A stretch of DNA of 64,000 bases from assembly GCA_963924565.1 (NCBI GenBank), contig OZ004613.1, positions 4,898,001-4,962,000 on the forward strand, written 5' to 3'. The position numbers and the translations under genes were made by a program. Shown in pieces: positions 38,601 to 53,600 of the stretch. This DNA is from Ascidiella aspersa (taxonomy: Eukaryota). The notes under the pieces are model-generated. The model ran no database searches and was not told the origin of the DNA. It saw only the letters and a list, made by a program, of their open reading frames with translations. How positions within the stretch are numbered: the first letter of the stretch is position 1; every line of letters begins with the position of its first letter.

Positions 38601-41600
38601 TGCTGTTGTAGTCGCTGCTGTTGTAGCCGCTGCTGTTGTAGCGGCTGCTGTTGTAGCCGCTGCTGTTGTAGCCGCTGCTGTTGTAGCCGCTGCTGTTGTA
38701 GCCGCTGCTGTTGTAGCCGCTGCTGTTGTAGCTGCTGCAGTTGTTTCTTGTACAGTTGTATCTGCTACAGTTGTTTCTGTCTCAGTAGTAACTTCTACTG
38801 TTGTGGCTTCGGTTGTAGTAGGGGCTACAGTTGTTGTAACAACAGTAGTAATTCGGCCTATGTCGTACTGCCTGCCATGGTGCCAATACTACTAGTCGAG
38901 CCAACAATGGCAATTGGTGTGGTGTCTGCGGTTGTCATGGTAACAGTTGTCAACTCTATTGCAGAATGCGGGAGACCAAACAGTTCGTGTCGCACACACG
39001 GGGGTGCAGTGATATAAAGCCGCCAAAATCAAATTAAAAAAGTGATTTGCCTAAGTTAGTCTAACGTGATTGTGGGCACAGCAAAACACTTAAATTGAGC
39101 ACAAAAAATTAAACGTTACACGGCAGGAAACTTATTCCAGCGCTCAATACTACTTCCAATCACATACGAGAAGATTGGCAAACACACACGTGCAAACAAC
39201 AAATAGTACTGTACCTGGCGTGGTTGTCGGTACGGCAACTGTTGTCACGGGAACAAAAACTGTGGAATAAGAATAAAGTTTAAATCAGGGATGACACAAA
39301 CGGAGTAAAGTGTAAACATTTGTGGTCGATTTCTTGTTTACTTCCAGAGATAGTAAAAGATGAAATTTCGAGCTGCTTGATTTCCTTTGGTAACAAACTG
39401 TACGGACGTAAGTGGTGCTGGATTTTCTTACTGGTGTCTCTCGCGATTGATTCACGGTTTCCACACATTGTTATGGAACAAATTTAAAGACTTTTCAAAG
39501 AACCTTTATGTTTTTTTCGTACATTGAAAACAGTTCCTCGTCCCTGGTTATAATGTTTGAAATGACACCTATTTTACAACCAGGATTTTATGTATGTTAA
39601 GTTGAAAAAAAGCAGTAAACAATAAATATGTATGAGCAAACATGGCGCCAAATATGACCTTATTTTATTACTCCACACTGAACGATACTAATATCGCTCG
39701 AATTGTTTTAAGTATGATTCGAAAACAAAGCAGTACATATGTCATTGTGCACGGAATATTAAATTTGCAAAATATCGTTTTATAACGGCAGTTTCTAAAC
39801 TTGTACCATAATCTGCAAATAAACTAAATTCTTAAACTGTTCAAGAAAATAAAAAAAAATATAGGTTTCACCAACACTTATGGTTAACCATCCTACTAAA
39901 CGTTTTTAAGGTCGCGGAATTGAGCGGCATTTTAAGAACCTCTCTCTCGGCTAAAAATATGCAATAATTAGGAATACTAATAATCAATTCGATGTGATGG
40001 TATCGGTGCTCACTGCTCATACAATATTAGCCAGGAACCGGTGCTAATGCGATACATTTATAATTAATGTAATTTACAGCAAATGGTTAGCGATCCTACG
40101 AAACGTTTTTTACTGTGTATAATTGCTCCTAAAATAAATCAAATAAAGCTGGATCGAATATTATTTCTGCTATTTTTAAAACCATTATGTTTTCTATGCG
40201 ATTGGTTCAAATTATTTGCTAATCGTGTTGTACATGTTGTTTCAACATATTACACAACCGCTTATTTTAATTATTATCAGATTGCGTTGCGCTAAATTCT
40301 TCCTATCCCTTTTAATGCAATGATCGATGTATTTCTTTTTCCATACTCACCAATCGCAGTCACCGCTGAACTGGAAAGACCACCTAGTTGTGACGTCACA
40401 GACATGGTGTAACTGACGTCAGGCGAAAGCGAAGTAATTGTGCCGTTGGTCGGGGAATCTATTGGGCACAAAAGCAAGAATTATGTACTGGATAAATATA
40501 AATTATTTAAATTTCGTTTAAAAGCTGTTTATGTCTATTTCTGAAACTGTCAATTATGTGAATGTTTACAAATCAATGGTTTTTGAAGCATAATGGTTGG
40601 AAAAAAATATGACTATTTTGAAAATAAATAAAGAGCTATTTGAAACGTTCACAAAATGTTACCTACTTCTGTATGGGCGTTGATATTCTTACTGTAATTG
40701 TTTTTTTAATATTGATAAACTGTTAACTAATACAACATTCATAACAATTCTTTTTTACTTTGGTTAAGGTTGTTAAGTATTCCCCTGACTTACAGATTAT
40801 AAAAAGGCCCAAATGTACTGACTTTCTTCGTTTTTTATGCTTACAAAAAGTTTAGTCAGCGAACAAGGTTGAAAAACACTGCTATAGAACAAATATGTTT
40901 AAATCAAGTTTATCTGTTCAAGGTGACCTTGGGTGAAGGTCGGTCCGATGGGCGTGAAGGTCACGGAGTAACTCGTTGCGATTCCAAGCACTGGTGGCCG
41001 CCAGGTGGCGGTCATGACCCCATAAGTTGCCCCGGATGTGATTGTTACGTTGCTTGGGGGGTCGGGGGCTGAAAATAAGAGGGGGGTGGTTAAATACACT
41101 GATTTATTTTTTCAAAAAAGTCATGTTTAATATGTTCACTTTCAATCCATGTGGTAATTTAAAATTCTCATTTTGGCAGACATGTGTAGCCAAAGTTCTC
41201 GTAAATTTTGATTAATTTAGGCATAATCAATCGTTCGTGTTATTTAGTTCAACGTTCAATCAAGCTGCGGCCGCATGTAAATGCTGATTTCATTTTATAA
41301 AAAGGTCGGAGACCACTGGTTTATATCCCCTAGTTATCGTGATTCACACGTATTCACTCACCGGTGTATTGAGATACTGTTACCGCCGCACTGGAGTTGT
41401 CACCAAACAGTGTGAAAACAGACAAGGTGTACTGAGTTCCAGGTGTGAGACCAGATAAGGTCGACTAAAATCAAAGCAAAGTTTAAATTTATAATAAAAG
41501 CACATCCTAATGTTTTGCTGCATATACACTATACAGTCAAAACAACACCCTTGACGAAACCCTGAGCAAACTGAACACGCCGAGATTTTTATAGAGTAAG

Positions 41601-44600
41601 CTACATAGTTGAACTTTTCACACAGTCCTTACTGGCTGAAGCTCTCCAGCAAACACACTTTGAACAAAAATATTTCAAAACATAATATTCTAAAATGAAT
41701 ATTAATATTCAGCGATATTAACCCTTAACTGTCGAGCAAACAAGTTCAAACTTTGCCGATATAAACTAGAAGGCATATTTTTTTGCTATATTGTGTTTGC
41801 TGAAAACCTTAGCCAATACAAGGACTGTGTAAAAGTTTTAACTCTGTGGCATCACAACTTTCAGAGATATTGCTCTGCAAAAATCTCGGCGCGCTCTTCG
41901 GCAACCAATTTCTCTAAACTGAGGTAATTAGAATTAAATATTAAGAGCCATTTGTTCTTATTTCTTCCGTAGTTTACTTAAATTTAAAGATATCTTGACC
42001 CGAGCGCATCACAGTAAATCTAACCATGTTAAACTACTGCAGTCGGCGATGCAACCAAATCAAACGAGCCCCCCAATTTTATGTCGCTGCCTGGGGTTGA
42101 CAAACACTGCTTTAAAAAAATAGGACAACCTTTGTAAGATGTCACGGGATATTCTAAGACACTTTGGTGTATAAGCAATCCCCATCAGACCATGACATGT
42201 AAAAGAACGATTTAGGCTTTTGAGTCAGCACTTAGATCAGGGGTTCTGAAACTTTTTTTGTACCGCGGACCCCTAAATTTTTTTTTGGCTTCGCGTGGAC
42301 CACGGTAGGCAAAAAAATTAAAAATATGACGTCATAAATTGACGTCACAATACAAATAGACTTTATAAATTTGCTGATGATGAAAATAAGTCTAAATACA
42401 TTGCTCTAAAACGTTCTATTTTTAATTAAACTTATTTCTTTGAAAAGTTGATTACTTCCCAAATATACACTAGTATTTCAATTTGGCCTTCATGGACCCC
42501 CTAAAACTAGTTCACGGACCACCAAGGGGTCCGTGGACCCCAGTTTAAGAACCCCTGATTTAGATTGTTTAGTAAAAAATCTGCATGTTTTATACGGCGA
42601 AATATATCTCTCAATACTTAAACTAGAGAAGTATGTGAGAAATTTGGATGAAAATGAAAAATTTAGGTAAACAAACAAGTGTTATTTTTTGGCTGGAAAA
42701 TGCACTTTCAAGGTTAAATACTAATCTATTTTGCTCTAATGAAGTATAAATACTTTGGTCGAAAGCTTAAAATTTTACAGTTAGACTTGTAGCGGCGAGG
42801 TTTATTGTTGTTCCAGATGGTTGAACTGAAATCCTGTAACCAGCGACGGGCACAGATGCATCTGGACGAGTCCAAGTTATCTGAAGCGAAAAACAGTTTT
42901 TAACTCCAATTTCGTCGTGAATTAGTGCATATTATAGGGTGAAAACTACTTGGATGGCAAATTATGTTTTCCTGTTGAAGTGCTTTATGTTGCTTTCGGT
43001 CAATGTGTTTTTTACCAATGTTTGGGGTGATAGGTTAAAATAAAGCGTCAGAAATGAATAATTAACTACGAACTGCAAAAACTCTGAATGCCTTTAAAGC
43101 ATACTTTTGTTGTCTTGTGGTATTTTTTCCGAAAGTATCTCAAGAAAGACAATTTTTAAGATAATAGTTGGAGGTTGTAGTAATACGTAGTAAGAATATC
43201 AAAGCCCATACAGAAGTAGGTATCATTTTGAACGTTTCAAACAAGTCTTTATTCATTTTCAACATAGTGAAAAGGCATTGAGTAATATATTTAGAATCAG
43301 TGCCTTTTCTTCTCACTATATGTTGAAAATGAATAAATATTTATTCAAAATGTTCAAAATGCAACCTACTTCCGTGAGGACATTGACATTCTTACTACGT
43401 ATTACTACAACCTCCAACGGTTATACTCCAAAATATCTTTAGAAAGTTAACAACTAAGTACTCTTCCATGCTTACCGTTATGCTGTTGGTCGTGACGCTT
43501 GTGATTGGCTGCAAAGTGGGTGGGACGAGGGCGGGGTAGGTGGTAAAGGTCATGTTGCTTGTTTCGCTCGTGACCGAACCTTCCATAGCGAAAATGTGGA
43601 CTAAAGGAAAAAATACAAGCGTTAAAGCAAAGATAAGACGAAAATATAATAGAAGGTTTATAGCAACACAAACAAATACAAACTATAGTCTCCTACTAAC
43701 CTAAGTGAGTACAATGTTGTAAAAAGTAACATTAATGTCCATTTTACTAGTTATTTAGGGAAGGATATTAGATAAAAAATAAGATTTTGGGCGAAAATTG
43801 CATCATTTAGAAAAGCCTCCCATTAATTTTACTTTTAATGGACATTTGATTGTGAATGATGACATCATTTTTGAGTTAATTTCTAATAGTTGATTACAAG
43901 CTGCATTTTTTATTTATTTTTTCAAATATAGTGATTAAAATCCATCATGTTCTTTCTAGGGATACCGATGTTTAAATGCTTAAAACCGCTGCGTTAGCAC
44001 ATTTAATTTGATTGACATGCCAGTTGGTATCGAATCAGTGGTACCAATTATGTATATATATTGGTCACCCGTGGTCGTAATGCCCTCTGTTCAACCTACA
44101 CGTGTATGTTGTGTTCAACTCCAGGCCTGAAAACGTCCACGAGGTGTCGCTGCTGGTGAGATTTGATTTCAGCAATCGGGTAGCGCTACCACCGGTCGTC
44201 AAATAAACTCTGTGAGATAAAATAATCGACTTAGATTGAGAAAAACGTATTTGTATGTGATGAATAATCAAATAGGCACAGTTTGGATAATCTCGCATGT
44301 TTTATATATTTATTTATTTATTTTAATTTTTAGCAAATGCAAAAGTACGTAATACAGATGTAAAAGTATAGAGAGCTACTGAGGGAACACATTCGACTTA
44401 GATTAAAGAAAAAGCGTATGTTTTTAGTTGATCAATAATAATCAAATAGACACAGTTTGCATAATCTAGCAACTTAAAGGTTTGTTTTTAATTTTTCGCA
44501 AAGGTACATATTAAATATTTATAGTACAAATAAAACTATATTTAAGCATCTAAAGATATAAAGAGTTCACTGACCCCAACTGACTTCCTGGAGGGGAACC

Positions 44601-47600
44601 ATCCCAGCGCACTGTGACGGAAGAAAGGCCTTTGTCGGCATCTTGCATCATTAGAACGATCGGAGCACTCAGAACTGAAAAGCAAGAAAACATTTTAATT
44701 GACAACAAACACCTTTACAAATAAATAGCGCCATTTATATCAGGTTGTTGTCGGCTGAATAGGCAACTTTTCTGTAAGACGAAATATTTCTTAAGGTTAC
44801 TTGATTTGACGTCACGTTTATGTATAACTTTGTGATGTCATGTTCTGACGTAACTTTTTGTTATTTCACGTCACGACATAACTTTGTGACGTCGGTTGGA
44901 AATCATTATCATGCCCCCCTCCTAAACATAAATCCTAAACCGCGTCTGTTTATGGCCTGTTATAGGTACATAATTAAAAGGCTAAAATTTTATTTTCAAG
45001 AACGAAATTAAATGCAATCTGCCATTAGAGTTACAAGCCTGTTTCAGTAAAATGCAACAAATTGTTGAATAAAACGGTAACCTTTCTTTAACCGTAATAT
45101 TGACATCAAACCTGAGTGGTTCATTTGGGAAAATCTCAAACTTCAAGCCCTGTAGCCAGTAGGCACAAAGTGCTTTCCAGAAACAAATAACGTCGTTTTA
45201 AGTGAAGCGAAGGGTGCTTTAATTAAAAAAACAAAATTTTGCCAGAATAAATGGTTTACTTGTAATACAAACTAATACTCACGCGTGCAATTTCTTCCCT
45301 GGGCATTTCCAACACCAGAAATGTCGACGTAATGAGCAGAACAAGCACAACTGAAGAAAGGAAACAAGAAATAAGCTTACATCCTGCAACTTGTGTCCTT
45401 TTCACAACTATGTATTGTAAGCAGTCTGTTAAGTTAAATTACACAATAGAGGTCAGACGAAAGCCCAGGGCTTATGTACATTTGTCTGTTCCTGATTACA
45501 TGCAAGGTCAGTTGGACTCACCAGTACCTTGACAAAGCTGACTATTTAAAATGATTTATTTTTGGTTTTTTCATTGTTAAAAACTTGAAGGTAAATTAAT
45601 ACTTCTTAGGTTTTTTATTGGACTGGAGTTTTACGCAATTCTAGGGTGTTGATTAGAAATCTGGTAGACATTTTAAGTTGAGAAACGTTTCGTTATTCAA
45701 CATAGTTTTGTTAATGACTGATTTCCACTTTTATCAAAAACCTTCGTAAACACAGTGGTAAAAAAGTGGCGCTAAAATTTACAATCTCGTATCCAATGTT
45801 GTGTGCTGTGAAGGTGGTTGTTTTATCGTAGGGATGTCCGATAATATCGGATCGGAGCCGATACCCGATGCCGAGTGGTAGTATCGGTACTCGTCCGATA
45901 CTAGGGTTGTATCGGTGCCGATCCGATACTAAATTTGTTCATCTGACACAGCGATTTTACATTAAAATGTAAATTTATCGGAAAAACCTAACCACAATAA
46001 GGCAAATTATGGTAAAAAAAAACTTTTAAATTAAATTTTATTTATATTGTTTTTTGATTATAGTGACGTCATATTTACTTTTTTGGTCCAAAATATCGGT
46101 ATCGGAATAAAATATCGAGTATCGGAAATTACCTACTTTATAAACTGTCTCACCTATATGAGCCTGGGATGTTGGTACAAGCTGCATTACCGTCGCAGTT
46201 ATCAATACTCAGCCCACACTCATCGATCTCACTACAAGCAGTAGCGTTGTGTGTCGTGTAGCCTACGAGGAAAGAAAATACATACAGATTTAATCCTAAT
46301 GGTAATTCTGTGGACGAAAAAAATTGTAGGCGCATTACTAACGACAATATTATTGGATATATTATTAGAAGTATACCTGCAGTGGTTCACGATTTGTTTA
46401 CCTTGCATAGAGTAAGGCAAACAAAGCATATCTCCGCCGCACAGTTCACAAAACAATAATATCATAACATTAAAGTAGCCCCTGAACACAAGGCGAAAGA
46501 CTAATACCATAATAAACCGGTTATTTCATGAATGTGTTTATCCAGTCTCGGTTGCTTGTGGTGTATGCCGTTTAGTGACACCAAAAAGACATTTTCCAAA
46601 ATTACAAAAAGTTTTGCGGCTCACAGTTTGAAAGTGACTGACTTAAAAGTTTTCTGCTAAATGTGTTTAGTGTTTAGGGAAGTCCTGATCATTTGTAATA
46701 ATGAAGAAATTTCAACAGTCTTTTGTAAATCTACCCGTAGAATCGACAGGTTATACAGCACGGTAATTATAAAAGACCATAACGCTTGTTAATTTAATCG
46801 CTCAACTATTTCTGCTCAAACTAAAGATATTTATAAGACGGCCTAAATTCGTTATTTTGTCAATAGCGAACGGTATGAAAAAGAAACGGTGCTAAAAAGC
46901 AGCGAACGGTTGTAAAAAAATACATTACGAAAAAGCAACGCATTTAATTCGCAAGGCACAACCAGAAATATATTCTAAACCAGTCAGGAAAAAACACGTA
47001 CCTCTGTTGCAAGTGCATATTGGTGTTCCAGTGCTGTTTACACTGCACATTGAATTGGTGCACACGACGGTCGACAGGCACGTGCTATTGGCCACACAAG
47101 TTCCGTTCTCAAGGTGGAAACCATCGAAGCAAGTGCACATGTACGAACCTGGATAAACGACAGTTGATATACAAAACTTACACGTGCCCAGTACTTGAAG
47201 GTATACAGCAGTCCGTACCGATATCAAGCCTATATTATGAAGGTTTAATATATAAAATTAGATCATACTGTTGTGGTAAATAAGATTTTTACTTTGTTTT
47301 TGGGCGTAAAAGAGTTTGTATGCTAACTTATTTATATTTTGGTTGTGGCTGCGTGAAGTACTGCTAGAGATAGAAGAAGCTAATCATTTTTTTAGTATAG
47401 ATTGATTGTTGCCTTTTAATCTAAGTGAATTGATTTGAAACTGTTTCAGGTAACTTCTTTTTTTTAAAAAGCCCTAACTTGGACTTTAGTTACTTTGCGA
47501 CTGGCCTACCTGTGCCACTCAAGCCCCGCTTATTTACTGGTTCGCATAAGTTCGCATATGTTCGCGTTAACTCGAGTAAGTTCGCGCAAGTTCGCGCAAG

Positions 47601-50600
47601 TTCGCATAAGTTCGCATAAGGGCGCATAACTTCTTTCCGCTGATTCTTGTCAACTGACGGTTAATTATTTGACCTTGAAAAAGTTGTGACAGAATTCACC
47701 GTGACCTTGTGTGACCTTGACACTCTATCGCAATTTTAAAAGGTTAAAGTTCACTGAAACAACTCCTACCTTCTGTATTCAAGCAATTCTGCTGGCACGT
47801 GTTTGTTCCCTCGCATTCGTTTATGTCAGAACAATTCACTTTGTCCGAGTTTAGCTGGTAACCGGTCGGGCAAGAACATGTGTACGATCCTGTCAGAAAG
47901 AAAATGTGTGTTTTTAAAAAGTGGCTGAATGTAAAATGTGTTATTTGAAGACAAACAAACATGGTTTAAAATGTTACCCACGATTCGGTGTATATTATAG
48001 TTGATTCTATGTTTTCTAGTAAGTATAATGACTTGACTTACGTGCATTTAAGTAACTGATGACTTTGAAAACTTAAAAATATAACAGAAAAGGATGTCCG
48101 AATAAACGGAAGTAAGTCAATTTTCTCAAAATAGTAGAAATCATAGTTTTTTCTTTGTTACCAAAAGGTAATAGGTTTTTCAATTATGACTTGAAAAAAT
48201 TCGATTTTTTTTTTTTTAAATTCGATTTTTAACTATTTGTTTTGACAATTTATTGAATAAATTTGCGAAGTGCGCTCACTGTCTGTGTTATTACAAAATT
48301 CCTGGCAGGGACCCTTTCCGCCGTTGGATGCGCATTCATTGACGTCATCGCAGTTGTTTGTGACGTTGTTGAGTACGTGGCCGGTGTAGCAGGAACAGCT
48401 GTCAAAGAAATCACAGGAATTTTAATGTTAAATAACTTTGTTTACTCAAGTAATTAAAATACTAGCACCAACTACATATTCATAAGGAAACGTGCCCGTA
48501 CGAGTAAATATTTATAATATATTACAAAACATGTTTATCAATATTACACGCCACTCTAACTTACAACTCTGTGCTCAACAATTTTTTTTATTTATTTGTT
48601 TGGTTAAAGTTGATGTTTTGATCGCACGCAATTATTTTTTATTGTTTTTAACAGAACTTTATAAACCGGTTTTGGCCTGATCTTACCAGAACCATAACTG
48701 ACCCTGGACGGTTTTTCTGACGATTTTAAGGAGCAAAAGCTGAACCGAGTGTTTAAAAAAAAAACTGAAGAAGAAAATAACTTGAACCTGTCAAAAGAGT
48801 GGTTCACTTCGGCATGACGTCACAACTTGTGTTTCAAGGAGTCAATTTATACCACATTTAAATTTGACGCCGTTCGCGAAAGAATTACAAAAAAAATGTT
48901 TGTAATTTAATAAATGATATCACAGGATAATTTTTATTGGTTATTTTAACGCGTAGGTATTCAAATAAATGTAAATCATACAATTACTAATCATAGATGA
49001 GCCAAAAGTTGATAGGCTATACTTAGGAGTTGAGTCGTATATATCTGATAACTGCCAAAAAGGTGATATACGCTGCAAGCGCGAAAATGGTGGATAAATA
49101 AAAGCATAATCATTATTAAACGTTGTTATTTTATTGTTTATAGGGTTCCATAATAAGCTGCTCGTATTCTATAATACCTCATGAAAGTGAGATTAATTAT
49201 ATACGAGTTACAATTCTATAAATATTCTGTAAATTGAATGACCCACAGTTTGGAGGTTTAAAGCAGCTTATATTGAACCCGAACTGGAACTTTATGAAAA
49301 AACAAGAGCTGAACCGGAATTTGCAAATTGCTCCGAGCCAAAACCAAAACCGAACCGGATTTCAAAAAATATCCGTGACCTTGAAGCGAACCTGTACCAG
49401 AAAAGTAAAACGAATCGACTGCTTGCCTGTAGCTTCCAGCGAAGTTATCGCATATTCCGTTTGCAGGGCAGAGAGTTCTGTTGGTCTTGCATTCATTGAT
49501 ATCGACGCACGACCCAGCTTCAAGGGTGTAGCCGCTCTCGCAGGGACAACTGTCAAAACGTCAGGTTGGATTTGTTAACATTAACAGTGAGTTTGCCAAA
49601 GCGCATTTAGATCATTTATTTATAAGAATTAAGATATGGATCCCTTTGTGTAAGCCTTTGTGTTATTAATAAATTCCTGTATACACTAATAAAGACTTCA
49701 GTATCGGATCGGATCCTTTAGTTTGCAGGATTCATTCAGATTAACACCAAACAAACTTGGGAAACCAATTTTTTTTTTTTGTAAGTAGAAGATGAATATA
49801 TTCCATTCCTTTGGGCAGACTTCGGCAACTAGATAATCCTGGTTTTGTAAATCAGGGAAGTATTGCAAAACGCGAGTAATTCAATTTTAATCTAATTTGT
49901 GAACAGCTTGTGGCTTTAATTCAGATTTCACCACAAATGCTTGTCCAACGGCATTTTTAGTCTCTCAGTCAAAACAAGGACTTTTAATTGATACCCCTTG
50001 GTCAAACTGAGTTGTAGATCATTTGTACATTCTGAAAGCATGGATATGCCAAACGCATAAAAAAAAATTACCATTCGCATTCTTATTAGAATGACTTGCG
50101 GTTTAAATTTAATTGATTGCGAATAATCAAATGTAATTCTAGTTCAAATTCCATTAGAATTCGAATTACCGAATCCTTCAAAACCAAAATTTAAACTAGA
50201 ATTACAATTTTTATTATGTACAATCAATTTAATTTTATCGCAATTTATTCTTATAAGAATGTAAATGGTAATTTCTTGTGTGCTAACCTTTTTATGTTTT
50301 AGCATGGCCTATGCTATCCAGATTGTAAAATCCACCTACCAGTTGTTCTGATCAAAGGTTATTGGTTTAAATTCTTGTGGACCAAATTGGTGTGGGACAA
50401 ATTAGCATTCTTGGTAAAATCCGAGTTAGATTAGAACAAGCCATTCACAACTTAGACTAGAATTAGAATTAGCCGCGTTTTGCTCTAATTCCTTGAATTG
50501 GAAAATTACAATTATAGACTTGTGCAAGTCTGCCCTAAAAGAATGGAATATTTTCATCATTTATATCACACACACCCGGTGTACACCACACTTACCTGTA

Positions 50601-53600
50601 GCTGCCTAAGGTGTTAAGGCATTGTGTGTTCCCGGTACAAGTCGATGTTCCAGCTGTACATTCGTTCACATCTTGGCATCCACTTCCACTGGAGTTGCTG
50701 AACCCGCTCTTACATACGCAGCTGTGGAATGTAAAAGTTAGAAAGCGGTTTAGGTGTGTTGTTGTTAATAGTTTTTGTAATAACAATGTTGTACACAAGT
50801 CTTTTTGAAATGATTTAAGACCCAGTAATTTGCAAAAATAACTAAAATCCAAGTCAAGTCTTTTTAAAATGACTTTAGTCAGACCCTTTGGCGGTGAGCA
50901 CCAAAGCAAGGGGTACGATATGCGATGTGAAGTGATGCGCTATTTAGGCATATTTGTGTGGAATGCGTAATTTACAAAAAGCAACACCAAAAAAGCCATT
51001 ACTGAATCGACTTTTTGTTTGGGTGTTGTAAATATTGTTAAACTATCAAGACTGATTTTCATGCATTTAACACGTAGGTGATAAATACATTGAGTTTAAT
51101 TCCTATTATTAAAATTTTTTATTTTAAATTTTTATTTACTTCCGTAGGCCTTTGTAGATTTCATGAAAGCTCAAATGGTATGAACTCTAAAAGGTTAAGA
51201 AGCACTGGTTTAATGGACAATATTCTCGCTTAGTTTGCTAATTTGTTCGACAAAGAATCTTTTGTGATGTTTTTTTATTTTCACCGCTACTCACCTGAAA
51301 GAACCCGGGTTGTCAACACACTGCTCAGTGGTTGCATTGCAGACGTTCGGGTTCAAGCACTCGTAGATGTTAGAGCAAGTCTTGTTCACTTTGTTGAATC
51401 CGCTCGGACAATTGCAGCTACAAATAAAAAACAACGCAAACTAGATAGGAGTGTACAATAAACGTAATCTAGATAGGAGTGTACAGTAAACGTAATCTAG
51501 ATAGGAGTGTACATAGAGAACTAAAACGATGACGTCACGCTATTTTAGGTTTTTTGTCCCCCCAATTAAAGGCTCTTAGTGGACAGACTCCTAAACCTGT
51601 TGTAGCCTATGCACCTACATACCACTCGCCTTGTCTAAAAAAAGTTATTTCTACGATGTCTACTTTTTCTGTTTTTTTTTTTTTTTTTTTTTCCGTGGAA
51701 AGTTCTACGGTTTAAACTTTGCAACATGGCGGCCGAATGTACAATTTTTTTATTGATCTATCTTGGCTGTTCATAGTACCCTAGAACTGAATTTTCATAC
51801 GAATATGCGCCATGTTTGAAAATTTGAAAGTTGTGCGATTTAAACTTTTTAACATGGCGGGCCGGATGAACAATTTTTTTTATCTTATTTGGCTTTTCGT
51901 ATGGTCTCTACATTTGTGTTTGTTTGGTGGTAAATGCTATTTAGTAGCACACTGATTAGCGCAGACTTCTGTGTTTTGGACCATTTGGGCTATGCGCTTA
52001 GAAAGCGGGTTTTAGTGATGCAACAAGTTGATATGGACAATTGCATATTTTAAATTCTGCACTATAGTTGGTGGCGAATCATTATTATTGGCCTTGCACA
52101 AACCTTGGTTAGTGAGTTACAAGCGTTTGTAAAATAATGATTAGCTTACACTGATATTGTTTCTGTTTTAATAACATTGTTTTGTATTCATTTAAATTAA
52201 GATATTAATTCACTTGATTAAGCCATTGTGTTCCTGCCTAAAGACATAGACTTCAGAATCAGATCGGATCCGACAGTTCTATAAAGCTTGAATGATTTTA
52301 AGAAAAAATCAATTTTGTGCTTCCTTAATTAAACCAAGTAAATAAATTTGAACACATCTGGTCAGCGATTGTTAGGACTGACAGTTTTCCGACCATCTAT
52401 CAAAAAGTTCAATCCTGCTGCTCTAGGACACAGTACCAATGTGTTTATCAGCATTGTGCAACGCTCTTCTCCTTTAATACCTGAATGATCCCGGGGTATT
52501 GCTGCAGGTTTGTCCAGCCGGACAGGCGGAGCTCGATGCACATTCGTCCACATCAACACACTGAGTGCTATCGGTCGTATCGACTGTATATCCGTCGAAA
52601 CAGCTACAATAAACACCAACGGGATTGCCTGTGCAGTTGTGCTGGCAGTTGTTGCTCGTTGTAAGGCAAACTGGAAAAAACACCACAAACAGGTTAACTT
52701 GGCACAGTATTTGTTGAATGTAGTTGGGTATAGTTACGGAGTACGGATGTCCAATGTTAAGTTATTAAAATTGTGTAAGTGTTATGTTTTTTTTCGTATC
52801 TCTCATGCGATTTATTTCATGTGTTGGGCACATGTGACTATAATCTTAGTTTGTCCCTCACTTTGTGGTTGTACTTTAAGCAGTATGGAGTTTTCTACTA
52901 TAGCTTGTTAGTCTTTTATCTCAATTGAAGTTGCTTACCGTGCTAATTTGTTTATTATTTGTTTTTGTTATTACTATAAATACTTGTTTTGTATAACATT
53001 GTTGTGTTATACTGCAATCGAATTAGGTTGCACATGATACTGTGCTATTTTAATTGATGTAATTATAACAGATAATGACTTCTGTTTATTTAGGAATAAA
53101 CTGCATAAGCACGATACTTGTCATTTTATCGGGTTGTCGATACCCGATACTAATGACATCATTACTGTGCTCACACAAGCAAACTAGTCAAGCAGGTTAA
53201 CACAGTGTTCCAAACTGTAATTGGTATACTTATGGACACTTATGAAGACAAAACGAGCCTCTTGGCAGACTTGGACAACTAAAATTATTTTAGCTTTTTG
53301 AAATTAGGTGAAAATTAAAAAGAACGAATCTCAGTTTTCCCAAATTGAATTAGAATTAATGTTTACGCGAGTTAGAATCACCGAATTCATGACTATTAAT
53401 CAAACTATAATTTGAACTAGAAATCCATTACAATTTTAGTTTAAATCGCAATTTATTTAAATGTGAAGGTTAAAAAAATGTAAAAGTGGCAAACAATATT
53501 AATTCAAATTCTTTGTTTCTTTTTTGTCTTTAAACTAAATCTCAATTTATTTTACGTATATTTCGGGCCGCCTTTTTAACCAAGTGCAAAACATTTTCTG

